32,000 nucleotides of DNA, from the NCBI GenBank assembly GCA_900234795.1, contig LT962688.1, forward strand, positions 2,760,001 to 2,792,000. The letters run 5' to 3'. This DNA is from Methylorubrum extorquens. GTDB taxonomy: Bacteria > Pseudomonadota > Alphaproteobacteria > Rhizobiales > Beijerinckiaceae. Of this stretch, positions 15,486 to 24,706 are shown piece after piece. Every line of letters starts with the position of its first letter. Position 1 is the first letter of the stretch. The position numbers and the translations under genes are program-made. Below the pieces are notes generated by a model. It did not search any database and was not told where the DNA came from. It saw nothing but the letters and a program-made list of their open reading frames with translations.

Positions 15486-15536
15486 TTGACCGACGACGGC
15501 AGCGCGAACCGTTCGGGCACCGATGCGACCGGACCC

Positions 15537-16112
15537 CTACCGTGTGGGCGGACGCGTGCCGTCGCGTATCGCGCGAAAAACCGGCAGCGCGCTCGGCAGA
15601 GCCTGCTTCGTCGTCGCGCAGACGATGTCCGTTCGGCCGATGACGCGGTCCATGATCGCCATGTAGATGCGGACGTTGCGGTGGTCGGGCCCGGTCGTCG
15701 GGATTGAGACGATCTCGAACCCGGCGAAGTCGCGGCTATGGATCGGCTCGACGGTCTCCGTCTCCAGGCCTTGACCATTCAGAATCTGTCGGGCTTCGGC
15801 GACCCGGTTTCGAAGGGCCGGCAGGGCGTTCAACGCGTCCTGTGAGGCAATCGCGCCCTTCGGATTCCGTCTGAACCCGGCCGCACAAAGCGCTTCGCTG
15901 CGTCCCGCGACCGGCGGCTGCCCGGTCAGGCTAACGATGTCGACCAGGGTTTCGTGGTTGGGGTCCTGGCGCGGCGGTCGGATGGCGAAGCCGTCCGGCA
16001 CGGTCACCGAGAAGCCTGTCGCCGGATCCGTGAACTCGCCGCTGGTCGCGGCAGCGCTGACGAGCAAAAGAGCGAGGGACAATCCGGACGCGTGGGTGAA
16101 AGCCCGCCTCAT
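15537..16112 (-). CDS. Exported hypothetical protein (191 aa) immediately downstream of tamB
   Basis: Frame of track ORF 15537..16190. The ATG at 16112 gives MRRAFTHASGLSLALLLVSAAATSGE, a signal peptide. I recognise no family. Confidence 0.6.
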   Translation of the reverse strand: MRRAFTHASGLSLALLLVSAAATSGEFTDPATGFSVTVPDGFAIRPPRQDPNHETLVDIVSLTGQPPVAGRSEALCAAGFRRNPKGAIASQDALNALPALRNRVAEARQILNGQGLETETVEPIHSRDFAGFEIVSIPTTGPDHRNVRIYMAIMDRVIGRTDIVCATTKQALPSALPVFRAIRDGTRPPTR

Positions 16113-16177
16113 GCCCGCTCCCTTTGGTTCGCAACTCATGGCGTCTCGGGCCGCTTCGCCGACGCTCGCAAGCGCGC

Positions 16178-19100
16178 CTACCACTCCCATTCCGCGCCGA
16201 CGCCGACCGAGGTGCGGCCGTCGCTGCCGGCCTCGCCGTTCAGCTTGATCCGCCGCGTCACGTCGTAGTTGATCGTCGCGGCGGTGTCGGCGGGCTTGGC
16301 GCCAGCTTTCACGCCGACGCTGATGCGGTCGTTGATGTAGCGCGAGGCGCCGACCGCCGGGCCGCCGCTCGCGCCCGTCGAGACATCGAGGCTGTCGAGG
16401 CCGAGCCCCTTGCGGGCCGCCTCGAACACGTCGGGCCCCCCGGCCCCGCCGGAGAGCTGCGCCACGGCCTGGGCCAGTTGCAGCGCCTGGAACGCCGAGA
16501 GCCCGGCCGCCGCCTTCTTGAACAGGATGCGCGAGAGGATCTCGTCCTGCGGCAGGCTGGGATCGGAGGAGAGCGCGAAGACGGGCTGCGCCGCGGGGCC
16601 GGTGACCGCGACGCGGGCGGTGACGTCGGCGGCCTTGGTCTCGGCGGCGAAGTCGAGGTCGGGCTGGGCGATGTCACCGGCAAAGAACACCCGGCCGCGG
16701 GTGAAGTCGAGGCGCTGGCCGCCGAGGCTGAACACGCCGCGGCGCAGGGAGAAGTCGCCGTTGGCCTGGGGGTCGCGCGAGGAACCGGTGACGTGCAACT
16801 CGCCGCCGAGTTCCGCGTCGATGCCGCGCCCGCGCACGAAGATGCGGCTCGGCGCGCTCACGATCACGTCGAGACCGGCATCGAAGGGCGGGGCCGCCTT
16901 CTTCCGGCGGCCGGCCGCCTCGATCTGCGCCCTGCGCTCGGCCCGCTTGGCGAGGCGCTCGCGCACTTCAGGCGTCACATTCACCCGGCGGATGCCCGGA
17001 AGCGGCTGCACCGTGGCGGGCAGGCGGTCGGGCACCGAGACGTCGATGGAGACGACATCGACCCGGCCCTTGATCACCGGCTTGCGGGCCAGCGGCCCCG
17101 ACAGGGCGAGGTTGAGGCTCGACACCGCCGTCATCAGCGGGCTCGACACCAGTTCGGCCCGGTCGGCGGTGATGCGGAGCGTGCCGGGAAAGCCGGAAGC
17201 CGGTTCGACGGCGACGCGCCCGTCCACGGAGAGGCGCCCGCCATTGCGGGTCGCCGCGGTCAGGCGCTCGATGACGATGGTGTCGCCGCGGCCCGTCACG
17301 CGGCCCTGGATGTCGGTGATGCGGATGCCGTTGATCGGATCGGTGAGGCTGCCCCCCGAAAGCGTCGCCGAGCCTTCCACCTTCGGCGCCGCGACCGTGC
17401 CGGTCACGCCCGCATCGAGCACGATACGGCCGGCAACCCGCTGCCCGCTCGCGCTCAGCATTGAGTTGGCGAGCGCCGCGTCGAGGTTGCCGCGGGCGCG
17501 GAGATTCAGGCCGCCGCCGGCCTCGACCGGCACGGTACCCGTCACGGTCACGTCGGCGCCGCGCCCGGCCGAGACCCGCCCGTCGATGCTGGCCGCGCCG
17601 TCACCGAGCCGGCCGCTCGCCCGCGCGGTGATCGGCGGCAGGCCGGCCTTGCGGGTTTCGGGCGTCACGAGGCCGGCGACGGTGAGGGCGTAACGCCCCT
17701 CCGGCCGCGCGGCGGTCCCGCGCAGGTCGGCCTCGCCCTCCAGCGTGCCGGACAAGGCAAGGCTCGGGCTCGCGATCCGCGCGAGCGACAGCGGCAGGGC
17801 ACGGATGCCGAGCTTGAGGTTGAGATCGGACCCGGCCCGCCCCTGCACGCTGACCCGGCCGGAGCCGGCGGCGACCACCAGATTCTCGATCAGCGCCGAG
17901 CCACCGTCGAGGGTGATCGCCGCGGGTCCGGCCAGCGCCAGACGGTCGCCGCCGCGCTGCGCCGAGAACCGGGCAATCTCGATCCGCGTGCGCTCGGCCG
18001 GGATCAGCCGCGCGGCACCGTCGAGGGCGAAGCCGCGAGCCTGGGCGGTGAGGGTGATGTCGCTTGCCGCCGCGGTGCCGTTGGCAGTGAGTCGCACCGT
18101 ATCGATGCTCTGGCCAACTGCTACGAGCCGCGCGACGTCGGCATGGCCGTCGATGACCGGATGGGCTCGCAGGTCGCGGCCGGTGAGATCCGCGTCGAGC
18201 TTGGCAAGGCCGAACGTGTCGTAGCGCAGGCTGGTGCCCGTGGCGCGGATCGTCGCGTCCTGGCGCCCGCCCGCGCGGGAGAGGGTCACCGCCGCGTCGA
18301 GGCTGCCGCCCATGGGCGCAAGCGCGAGCGGCGACAGGTCGCCGAGATCGCCGGCACGGACCGTCAAGGCGCCCTCGGCGAGGAGGCTATCGGCATTGAC
18401 GACGGTCTGCCCGTCCGCCGCGACGGAACCGAGGGCGAAGGCGAGCCGGTCGAGGGCGTAGTCGCTCCGGTTCGGTCGGGCGATATGGGCCTCGGCCCGC
18501 AGCGGCTTGCTGGCGATGTCGCCGGTTATGCGCAGGGTGCCGTCGAGGGCGTCGCGAAGGTCGTTCAGCGCCGCGTCGAGGCGCAAATCCCGGATTGGAC
18601 GCCCGTTGGCGGTCACCTCCGGTGCGCGGAGCGCGGCGGTGACGGCCGGCTTGAGCAGGGAGCCCGTCAGCCGCGCATCGGCGCTCGCCGGCCCGGACAG
18701 GCGCTCATCGAAGGCAGAGAGGTTCTTGAGATCGACGCGGGCGGCCACGTCCGCGGTCTTGGCGTTCGCCTGTCCCTGGAGGGTGGCGACGAACCCCGCG
18801 CCCTGGAAGCGCAGGCGTTCGAAACCGTAGCCGTCATAGGTCTGCGAGACCCGTCCCGTGAGTGACGGAGCGCGGCCGACGAGCCGGTCGGCGGTTGCCT
18901 CGCCGAGCACGAGACCGCCGCCGCGCAGGTCGAGGTCGGCAGAGAGAGCCTTGCGGGCGGGATCACCGCTCAGGATCGCCTTGGCATCGAGACGGCCGGC
19001 GAGGGTCCGGCCCGCGATGCCCGAGAAAGCGCCGACATCGGACAAAGCCGCCTCGAGCGTGCCGGCCAGCGTGTTCTGCCCGATCCGTCCGGCATAGGCG

Positions 19101-20569
19101 GCGCGGACCGTATCGGATTCGACGGTCAGGGTCGTGACGTCCAGGACGCCGTCCGAGCCGGCGGCGGCGCGCAGGGTCAGCTTGGCCCGGCTGCCGACAG
19201 CGCGGCGCAGGGCCGGATCAGCGAGGCGAAGGCCGTCCATGGCCGCATCGGCGGTGATGCTGAAGCGCTGCGCCTTGTCGGCGCCCGTCGGCTCGACGTT
19301 CAGAACGGCATCGACCCGCTCCAGGCTCGATTCGCTGGTGCGAAGCCCGGCCGCCTTGAGGTTGCCCTTCACCCGCGGCGCCGAGAGCGGCCCCTTCAAG
19401 CTGCCGTCGAAGACGAGCGTGTCCAATTCGGCATCCGCTGCCTTGGTGACGCCGCCCTCGGTCGGGACCGCGCGCGCCGAGATCGTGAAATCCGCGACCC
19501 GATCTGCGGTGAGGGTGCCGCCGATCGCGAGCCGTGCGGTGCGCGATGCGAGATCGAGCCGGTCGATGCGGAACGACCCCGTATCGGAGAAGGCCATGCC
19601 GCCGTCGAGCTTGGTTTCGCCGGAGAAGATCGCCGCGGCCGGGCCCGGCACGAGGCCCTCGATGCGCGAGGTCAGGTCGAGGCTCAGGCGCCGGTCGGTG
19701 CCGATGCGCGAGAGGCGCGCGCCGCCTTTCGCGCCGATCTCCGGACCGGCGTCGAAGTCGAGCCGGGCGTTGAAGGAATCGAGGGTGCCGCGACCATCGA
19801 GGTCGAAGTTGATCGGCGGCGTGCCGGGAAGGTTTGCCGCCTTCGAGAGCAGCCCGCCCTCCGGCTCGACGAGGCTTGCCTTCACCTCCAGGCGCTCGCC
19901 CTTGGGCACGAACAGGAGGCGGGCGATGAAGCGCCCGGCCGCGTCGAGGCGGCGGAAATCCGCGCTGACATCGAGACCTTCGGAGGGGTTGCCGAGCGTG
20001 GCCTTGCCCTCACCCGCGAGCCGTGCCGGCTGGCCGGCGACGCTCTCGCCCAGCACCAGTTCGGCCAGCGCGAAGCTCTTGATCTCGACCCTCACCGGCA
20101 GGTCCGGCAGCAGGCTGCCATCGGGCTCGGCCTCGGCCGGCGTCGGGCCGGGCACCGGCTTGCGCAGCACTTCGAGACGGCCGATCTCCAAGGTGTCGAC
20201 TTCGAGCCGGCCGGACAGCAGGGCGAGGCGCCGCCAGACCAGGCGGGCGCGGTCGAGCTTCAGCCACGGGCCGTCGGAATCGCTGATGACCACGTCGCGG
20301 ATCGTGGCGTCCGAGGACAGGGCGCCGTCGACGGCGCCGATCGTGACCTGCGACGAGGGCGTCGAGAGCGCCTTCGACAGGAGGCCGCCGAGCACCGTCT
20401 TCTCGCCATCGGCGGCGCGGGTGTCGTCGGTGGTGATGAAGGCGGCAAAAAGCAGTGCGATCGACAGGAAGGCGGCTGCAAACATCGCTCGGCCGTAGGC
20501 TCGGCTGCGCCCCTCGCCCGCTGTGGCGGGCAGGCTGCGACGGTGTCGTCCGCGAGCAGAAAACGCCAT
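16178..20569 (-). CDS. tamB: Translocation and assembly module protein TamB (DUF490 family)
   Basis: 1463-aa ORF with an N-terminal membrane anchor (FAAAFLSIALLFAAFI) and a long Gly/Ala/Leu/Asp-rich beta-helical-type repeat body. Its C-terminal end is ...RIKLNGEAGSDGRTSVGVGAEWEW. Its start abuts the tamA stop (TGAATG). Confidence 0.9.
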   Translation of the reverse strand: MAFSARGRHRRSLPATAGEGRSRAYGRAMFAAAFLSIALLFAAFITTDDTRAADGEKTVLGGLLSKALSTPSSQVTIGAVDGALSSDATIRDVVISDSDGPWLKLDRARLVWRRLALLSGRLEVDTLEIGRLEVLRKPVPGPTPAEAEPDGSLLPDLPVRVEIKSFALAELVLGESVAGQPARLAGEGKATLGNPSEGLDVSADFRRLDAAGRFIARLLFVPKGERLEVKASLVEPEGGLLSKAANLPGTPPINFDLDGRGTLDSFNARLDFDAGPEIGAKGGARLSRIGTDRRLSLDLTSRIEGLVPGPAAAIFSGETKLDGGMAFSDTGSFRIDRLDLASRTARLAIGGTLTADRVADFTISARAVPTEGGVTKAADAELDTLVFDGSLKGPLSAPRVKGNLKAAGLRTSESSLERVDAVLNVEPTGADKAQRFSITADAAMDGLRLADPALRRAVGSRAKLTLRAAAGSDGVLDVTTLTVESDTVRAAYAGRIGQNTLAGTLEAALSDVGAFSGIAGRTLAGRLDAKAILSGDPARKALSADLDLRGGGLVLGEATADRLVGRAPSLTGRVSQTYDGYGFERLRFQGAGFVATLQGQANAKTADVAARVDLKNLSAFDERLSGPASADARLTGSLLKPAVTAALRAPEVTANGRPIRDLRLDAALNDLRDALDGTLRITGDIASKPLRAEAHIARPNRSDYALDRLAFALGSVAADGQTVVNADSLLAEGALTVRAGDLGDLSPLALAPMGGSLDAAVTLSRAGGRQDATIRATGTSLRYDTFGLAKLDADLTGRDLRAHPVIDGHADVARLVAVGQSIDTVRLTANGTAAASDITLTAQARGFALDGAARLIPAERTRIEIARFSAQRGGDRLALAGPAAITLDGGSALIENLVVAAGSGRVSVQGRAGSDLNLKLGIRALPLSLARIASPSLALSGTLEGEADLRGTAARPEGRYALTVAGLVTPETRKAGLPPITARASGRLGDGAASIDGRVSAGRGADVTVTGTVPVEAGGGLNLRARGNLDAALANSMLSASGQRVAGRIVLDAGVTGTVAAPKVEGSATLSGGSLTDPINGIRITDIQGRVTGRGDTIVIERLTAATRNGGRLSVDGRVAVEPASGFPGTLRITADRAELVSSPLMTAVSSLNLALSGPLARKPVIKGRVDVVSIDVSVPDRLPATVQPLPGIRRVNVTPEVRERLAKRAERRAQIEAAGRRKKAAPPFDAGLDVIVSAPSRIFVRGRGIDAELGGELHVTGSSRDPQANGDFSLRRGVFSLGGQRLDFTRGRVFFAGDIAQPDLDFAAETKAADVTARVAVTGPAAQPVFALSSDPSLPQDEILSRILFKKAAAGLSAFQALQLAQAVAQLSGGAGGPDVFEAARKGLGLDSLDVSTGASGGPAVGASRYINDRISVGVKAGAKPADTAATINYDVTRRIKLNGEAGSDGRTSVGVGAEWEW

Positions 20570-22555
20570 TCAGAACGCCTGTCCGAGGCTGATATACAGG
20601 GCGGCCGGCAGCTCGCGGTTTCCCTTGATCCGATCGAGCGGGAAAGCGAGGTCGGCGCGGATCGGACCGATGCCGGTGTAGTAGCGCAGGCCGATGCCCG
20701 CCGCCTTGCGGATACGCTCATCGAAATCCGGCAGCGTCGAGGCGAAGGCGGTGCCCGCGTCGAAGAACGGCACGATGCCGATCGTGTCGGTGATCTTGAT
20801 GCGGGCCTCGATCGAGGCCTCCAGCAGGCTACGCCCGCCGATCGGCAGATTGAACGGTCCTCGGGGGCCCAGCGTGCGGAAGGCAAAGCCGCGGACCGAG
20901 CCGCCGCCACCGGCAAAAAAGCGGAAATTGTCGGGGATCTCGTCGAGCCGCGCGCCGGAGACCGAGCCGAAGCCGACGCGCCCGGCGAGCACGTATTTCG
21001 CCTCGTCATCGAGCGCGTAGTAGGTCGAGCCCTGGGCCTTCGCGACGAAGATGCCGGGATCCGAGCCGAGGAAGCCGGGATAGGGCGCGGCCGAGGCGAT
21101 CACCCGGAAGCCCTCGGTGGGGTCGAGCAGGCTGTCGGTGGAGTCGTAGGTTACCGAGACCGGCACGCCGATCAGCCGGTAATCGACGGTGCCGATGGCA
21201 TCCTTCGAGCGGCCGACCTGTCCGTCGAGGCCGATCTGGGCCGAGAACGTATCGGAGAAGCGGTGGCGGACCGCGACCGAGGCCCCGGCCGCGTCCACGA
21301 AGTAACTCTGCTGCACCTCGCGGGTCACGAAGAGGTTCGCCAGCAGGTCGTTGCGGGTGCCGCCGAGCGCCGGCTTCACGAAGGTCGCCGAGAGGCGTCC
21401 GCCAAGGCCGGTCGTGTCGATGCCAGCGAGCTTGCGCTGGGTCGCGAACGGATCGTAGCCGAGGCCGAGATAGTAGATGTCGGCATCGAGCCGCAGCGTC
21501 TCGCCGCCGCCCCAGAGGTTGCGGTTGGCATAGTAGGCGCGCACGCCCGGCCCATCGACGGTGGAGTAGCGCGCCGAGACGCCGATGAGGTTGCGCTCGC
21601 GCTCGCTCACCTCGACGAAGATCGGCAGATTGCCCTGCGCATTGAGGCTCTCGCCCTCGCGCACGCGGACCGCGCCGAGGCCCTCGATGCGGGCGACCGA
21701 GCGACGGATGTCAGAGACCGCCTTCGGCGAGTAGGGATCGCCGGGCTCGGAATAGATGAACGAGCGGATCATCGCCGGATCGATGCCGTCGGTCGCCTTC
21801 ACCGACACCTCGCCGAGGCCCGCCATCGGTCCGGGATCGATGGTGAAGGTCACGTCCATGACGTGGGCCGCATCGTCGACGACAGGATCGCGCGTCACGG
21901 CCTTGGCGAAGGGGTGGCCAAGGGCGCGGAAGCGATCGACGATCTTCGCCTCGCGGGCGAGCACGGTCGCCGAGCGGGCCGGAACGTCGTCGCCGGTCCG
22001 GGTGAAGCGCTCAGGCAGCACCTCCTCCGAGAACGGACGGCCGCGAGGGTCGAGGACGTTGACGGTGCGCAGGGTGTAGGCGGGACCAAGATCGACCGCG
22101 ATCTTGACCGGCACCAGCGTGCGCGCGCGTGCGTTCTCGGCGACCCGTGCGGCGGCAACCAGCGAGGCCTCGCCGCCGACCGGGACTCCATCGACGCGGA
22201 TCGAAACGGTGCCCTGATAATAGCCGTAACCGGAGAGCACATCGGTCAGGCGGCGCAGATCGGCCTCGGCGCGCCGCACCAGCCCCTCGCCGTCCGGCGG
22301 CGCCTCCTGGCGCAGGCGGTAGAGGGTCGAGGTGTCCTGCAGCGCCCGAAGGATGTCCGAATCGTCGGTGCCGGTGAATCGCAGGCTATAAGGCAGTGCC
22401 GTCGCGCTCGGAGCCGGCGGCTCCTCTTCCGACCCGAACAAGCCGAACAGGTCGAAGGCAGCCGCCGGTCGCGGCAGAAGGACCAGGGTCGCGACACTCA
22501 GAAGAACGCCACCAAAGACCGGCGAACGCAGCAGGCAGTTCATCCGGACATGCAT
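20570..22555 (-). CDS. tamA: Outer-membrane Omp85-family protein TamA (autotransporter assembly complex)
   Basis: 661-aa ORF with a signal peptide, POTRA-like N-terminal part and Omp85 barrel. It ends ...ALYISLGQAF with a terminal Phe. It is directly coupled to tamB. An alternative start is ATG 22543. Confidence 0.9.
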   Translation of the reverse strand: MHVRMNCLLRSPVFGGVLLSVATLVLLPRPAAAFDLFGLFGSEEEPPAPSATALPYSLRFTGTDDSDILRALQDTSTLYRLRQEAPPDGEGLVRRAEADLRRLTDVLSGYGYYQGTVSIRVDGVPVGGEASLVAAARVAENARARTLVPVKIAVDLGPAYTLRTVNVLDPRGRPFSEEVLPERFTRTGDDVPARSATVLAREAKIVDRFRALGHPFAKAVTRDPVVDDAAHVMDVTFTIDPGPMAGLGEVSVKATDGIDPAMIRSFIYSEPGDPYSPKAVSDIRRSVARIEGLGAVRVREGESLNAQGNLPIFVEVSERERNLIGVSARYSTVDGPGVRAYYANRNLWGGGETLRLDADIYYLGLGYDPFATQRKLAGIDTTGLGGRLSATFVKPALGGTRNDLLANLFVTREVQQSYFVDAAGASVAVRHRFSDTFSAQIGLDGQVGRSKDAIGTVDYRLIGVPVSVTYDSTDSLLDPTEGFRVIASAAPYPGFLGSDPGIFVAKAQGSTYYALDDEAKYVLAGRVGFGSVSGARLDEIPDNFRFFAGGGGSVRGFAFRTLGPRGPFNLPIGGRSLLEASIEARIKITDTIGIVPFFDAGTAFASTLPDFDERIRKAAGIGLRYYTGIGPIRADLAFPLDRIKGNRELPAALYISLGQAF

Positions 22556-22758
22556 TCGCTAGGCGGGGTCCGTGGCTCGTGACGGGCGATGCCTCCAAAA
22601 AGCATCCAGATGTTAAGTACCCGTCGATCCCCCGCGCCGCTACCCCGGCCCTGCTTGGCACAGTGCATGATCGAGGAATGGTGAGCGGACAACGCACCGG
22701 TGTACCCGGCGGGCCGCAGTTCGGGCCGGTTGCCGTGACCCGCAACGCACTCGCAGTG

Positions 22759-23463
22759 CTATTCTTCGTCTTCGACGACTGTGATCTGAGTGGGCAGCGG
22801 CAGGCTGATCGTGCAGCGCAGTCCCTGCGGCTCGAACGTGAGGGTCGTCTCGGCCTTCAATTCATAACGAAGGCTGCGTGTGAGCACTTCGGTGCCGAAG
22901 CCGCAGTGAGATGGCACCGGCGGGAGGTTCGTCAGACCGCTTTCTTCCCAGACAAAGGTCAGTTGCGGGCGAGATCCGGACGGATCGGTCGGCGGCGACA
23001 GCGTCCAGCTCACGTGGATGCGGCCCTGCGGCACGGTCAGGGCGCCGTGCTCGACGGCATTCACGGCCAGTTCGTGGATGGCCATGGCGAGCACCTCCGC
23101 CGCGCCTGGGCGCAGAAGGAGGCTCGGACCGGAAATCGCGACCTGCTCACCCTCGCGCGCGAGATGGACCAGCAACTCGTCCGCGACGAGGGAATGCAGG
23201 GTGATCCCTTCAGGTACGCTGCGCATCAGCGCATTGAGCACGTGGGCGAGCGCGTCGAGCCGCCCATCGAGATGGGCGACATAGGTCTCCACTGAGTCGC
23301 TGGTCTCGGCGGAGCGACGGATGATCGCCCGCAGCATGGACAGCGTGTTGCGCACCTTGTGGCGCAGCTCCGCGGGCAAGCCCGTCTCATCGAGGAAGCG
23401 GCGCAGGCGCCGATTCTCGGCCTCCAGCTCCTCAATACGTGCGTCGCGCGGATCCTGGTTCAT
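22759..23463 (-). CDS. Short cytoplasmic HWE/HisKA_2-type histidine kinase without a sensor domain
   Basis: 234 aa. An N-terminal coiled coil (IEELEAENRRLRRFL) is followed by H-box ELRHKVRNTLSMLRAII, N-box HELAVNAVEHGAL, then FVWEESG and GFGTEVL. There is no TM, PAS, GAF or receiver domain. Confidence 0.85.
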   Translation of the reverse strand: MNQDPRDARIEELEAENRRLRRFLDETGLPAELRHKVRNTLSMLRAIIRRSAETSDSVETYVAHLDGRLDALAHVLNALMRSVPEGITLHSLVADELLVHLAREGEQVAISGPSLLLRPGAAEVLAMAIHELAVNAVEHGALTVPQGRIHVSWTLSPPTDPSGSRPQLTFVWEESGLTNLPPVPSHCGFGTEVLTRSLRYELKAETTLTFEPQGLRCTISLPLPTQITVVEDEE

Positions 23464-23514
23464 GACTTAGCCGTTCGCTGACCTCGTTGAGATGAATCGG
23501 CCAACGGCCGATCT

Positions 23515-24249
23515 TTAATCCTCATCCGTATTCAATGGATTGCGCTCGTAATGCAGATAAGCCGGGTCGAAGAGCGAAGTAGCCTGGAGTGCCGAAAAGT
23601 CTGGTATCGTCAATTGTCGACCACGCAGGCGGATCAAGCCCGCCGCCCGCAATTCTTTGAGGGTGCGATTGATGTGGACGGTGGAAAGCCCCATCGCATC
23701 CCCGAGATCGGCCTGGGTGATCGGGAATTCGCAACTCGTGTCGTTCGTCAGTCCAACGGCGCGCAGGCGCAGGAACAGTTCGCAGAACAGATGCCCGAGC
23801 CGCTCAGTCGCCAGCCGCTGACCGAGGCTGACGGTCCATTCGCGCTGAATCGCCGCCGTCACGAGCATTTCCCACCACAACGCCTCCGCCACGCGCGGGA
23901 ATTGCTGGGCGAGCTCCCGTATGGCGGTTTCCGAAATCTCCGCGAGCACCACCGAGGTCAGCGTGCCGAGCGAGTGGTCCATCTTCCGCAGAACGAAGAC
24001 ATGCGGATCGCAGAGATCACCGGGCAGGAAGATCGAGATGACCTGACGGCGCCCGTCCTCAAGCTGCTTGTAGCGGCAGGCCCAGCCTTCGAGCACGACG
24101 TTGACGTGACGCGGCCAGTCGCCATCACGAACCACGTCCTCACGCGGTCCGAGTCTTCGTGTCGGCTGGGCAATCTTCTCCAACGCCTGCTTCTCTTCGG
24201 AAGTGAGGCGGATGAAGTTTTCCAGCTTGCGGACGAGCGGGTTTGCCAC
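23515..24249 (-). CDS. Crp/Fnr-family transcriptional regulator
   Basis: It has a cNMP-binding-like beta-roll (VVRDGDWPRHVNVVLEGWACRYKQLEDGRRQVISIFLPGDLCD) and a C-terminal HTH (ITQADLGDAMGLSTVHINRTLKELRAAGLI). I prefer the GTG start at 24249 (MANPLVRKLENF), which is preceded by AAGGA plus 6 nt; the track uses TTG 24276. Confidence 0.88.
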   Translation of the reverse strand: MANPLVRKLENFIRLTSEEKQALEKIAQPTRRLGPREDVVRDGDWPRHVNVVLEGWACRYKQLEDGRRQVISIFLPGDLCDPHVFVLRKMDHSLGTLTSVVLAEISETAIRELAQQFPRVAEALWWEMLVTAAIQREWTVSLGQRLATERLGHLFCELFLRLRAVGLTNDTSCEFPITQADLGDAMGLSTVHINRTLKELRAAGLIRLRGRQLTIPDFSALQATSLFDPAYLHYERNPLNTDED

Positions 24250-24533
24250 TGGGTTTCCTTGGCCTAATCGCCACAACCTAGCGCTCTGAAAATCTGGCGG
24301 AACTAACGCACGTTAATTTTGCGCGGGAAAGCGTTAAGCTGTGAACAGAATCATGGCGTATGGCTAAGGCGAAAGGTCAGTACGCCCGCGCTTCAGCTTG
24401 CTTCGAAGGAGGCGCTCAGGTCGCTTGCGGCCGCCACGATCAGCCGAAACAGATGCAATGTTTAGCAAGCGCCGCAGGCCGAAAAACTCGGCACCAGACG
24501 ACATAAACGGCTGCAATCGTGCAACGTGGAGTT

Positions 24534-24617
24534 TGGTGGGGGAAGTAGGACTCGAACCTACGAAGCTTACGCAGCGGATTTACAGTCCGCCCCCTTTGCC
24601 GCTCGGGACATTCCCCC
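24534..24617 (-). tRNA. tRNA-Tyr (anticodon GTA), class II with long variable arm and encoded CCA
   Basis: The minus strand reads GGGGGAATGTCCCGAGCGGCAAAGGGGGCGGACTGTAAATCCGCTGCGTAAGCTTCGTAGGTTCGAGTCCTACTTCCCCCACCA. The acceptor is GGGGGAA/TTCCCCC, the anticodon stem is GCGGA/TCCGC with loop CTGTAAA, and the T loop is TTCGAGT. Confidence 0.92.
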
Positions 24618-24706
24618 AAACCGGGTCACCACGTGTCGTTCGCGGTGGGCGAGGCCCTTATGATTAGGGCGCGATCGGGTGTCAACCGATCTGCCCGGCC
24701 CAATTT

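Noticed and set aside
22656-22670. TGGCAC hexamer (TGGCACAGTGCATGA) as a second sigma-54 promoter.
   Set aside because: The GC of the -12 element is not at the required distance (TGCA follows after 3 nt instead of TTGC after 5). The site also points at the 3' end of the kinase gene, with no downstream plus-strand gene.
24298-24336. GGAAC followed by two CGTTAA motifs upstream of the Crp-family gene; also CGTTAAGG twice at about 7827 and 7887.
   Set aside because: Spacings from GGAAC to CGTT are 7 and 28 nt rather than 16-17. The GGAAC is on the strand pointing away from the Crp gene. Recurrence of an AT-rich 7-8-mer in AT-richer intergenic DNA is not statistically compelling.
24398-24667. 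Plus-strand ORF of 89 aa overlapping tRNA-Tyr, and a 51-codon minus-strand ORF in 24360-24515.
   Set aside because: The first runs antisense through the tRNA gene and is Arg/Pro-rich. The second has no RBS, is highly basic and is below any threshold I can support without homology evidence.
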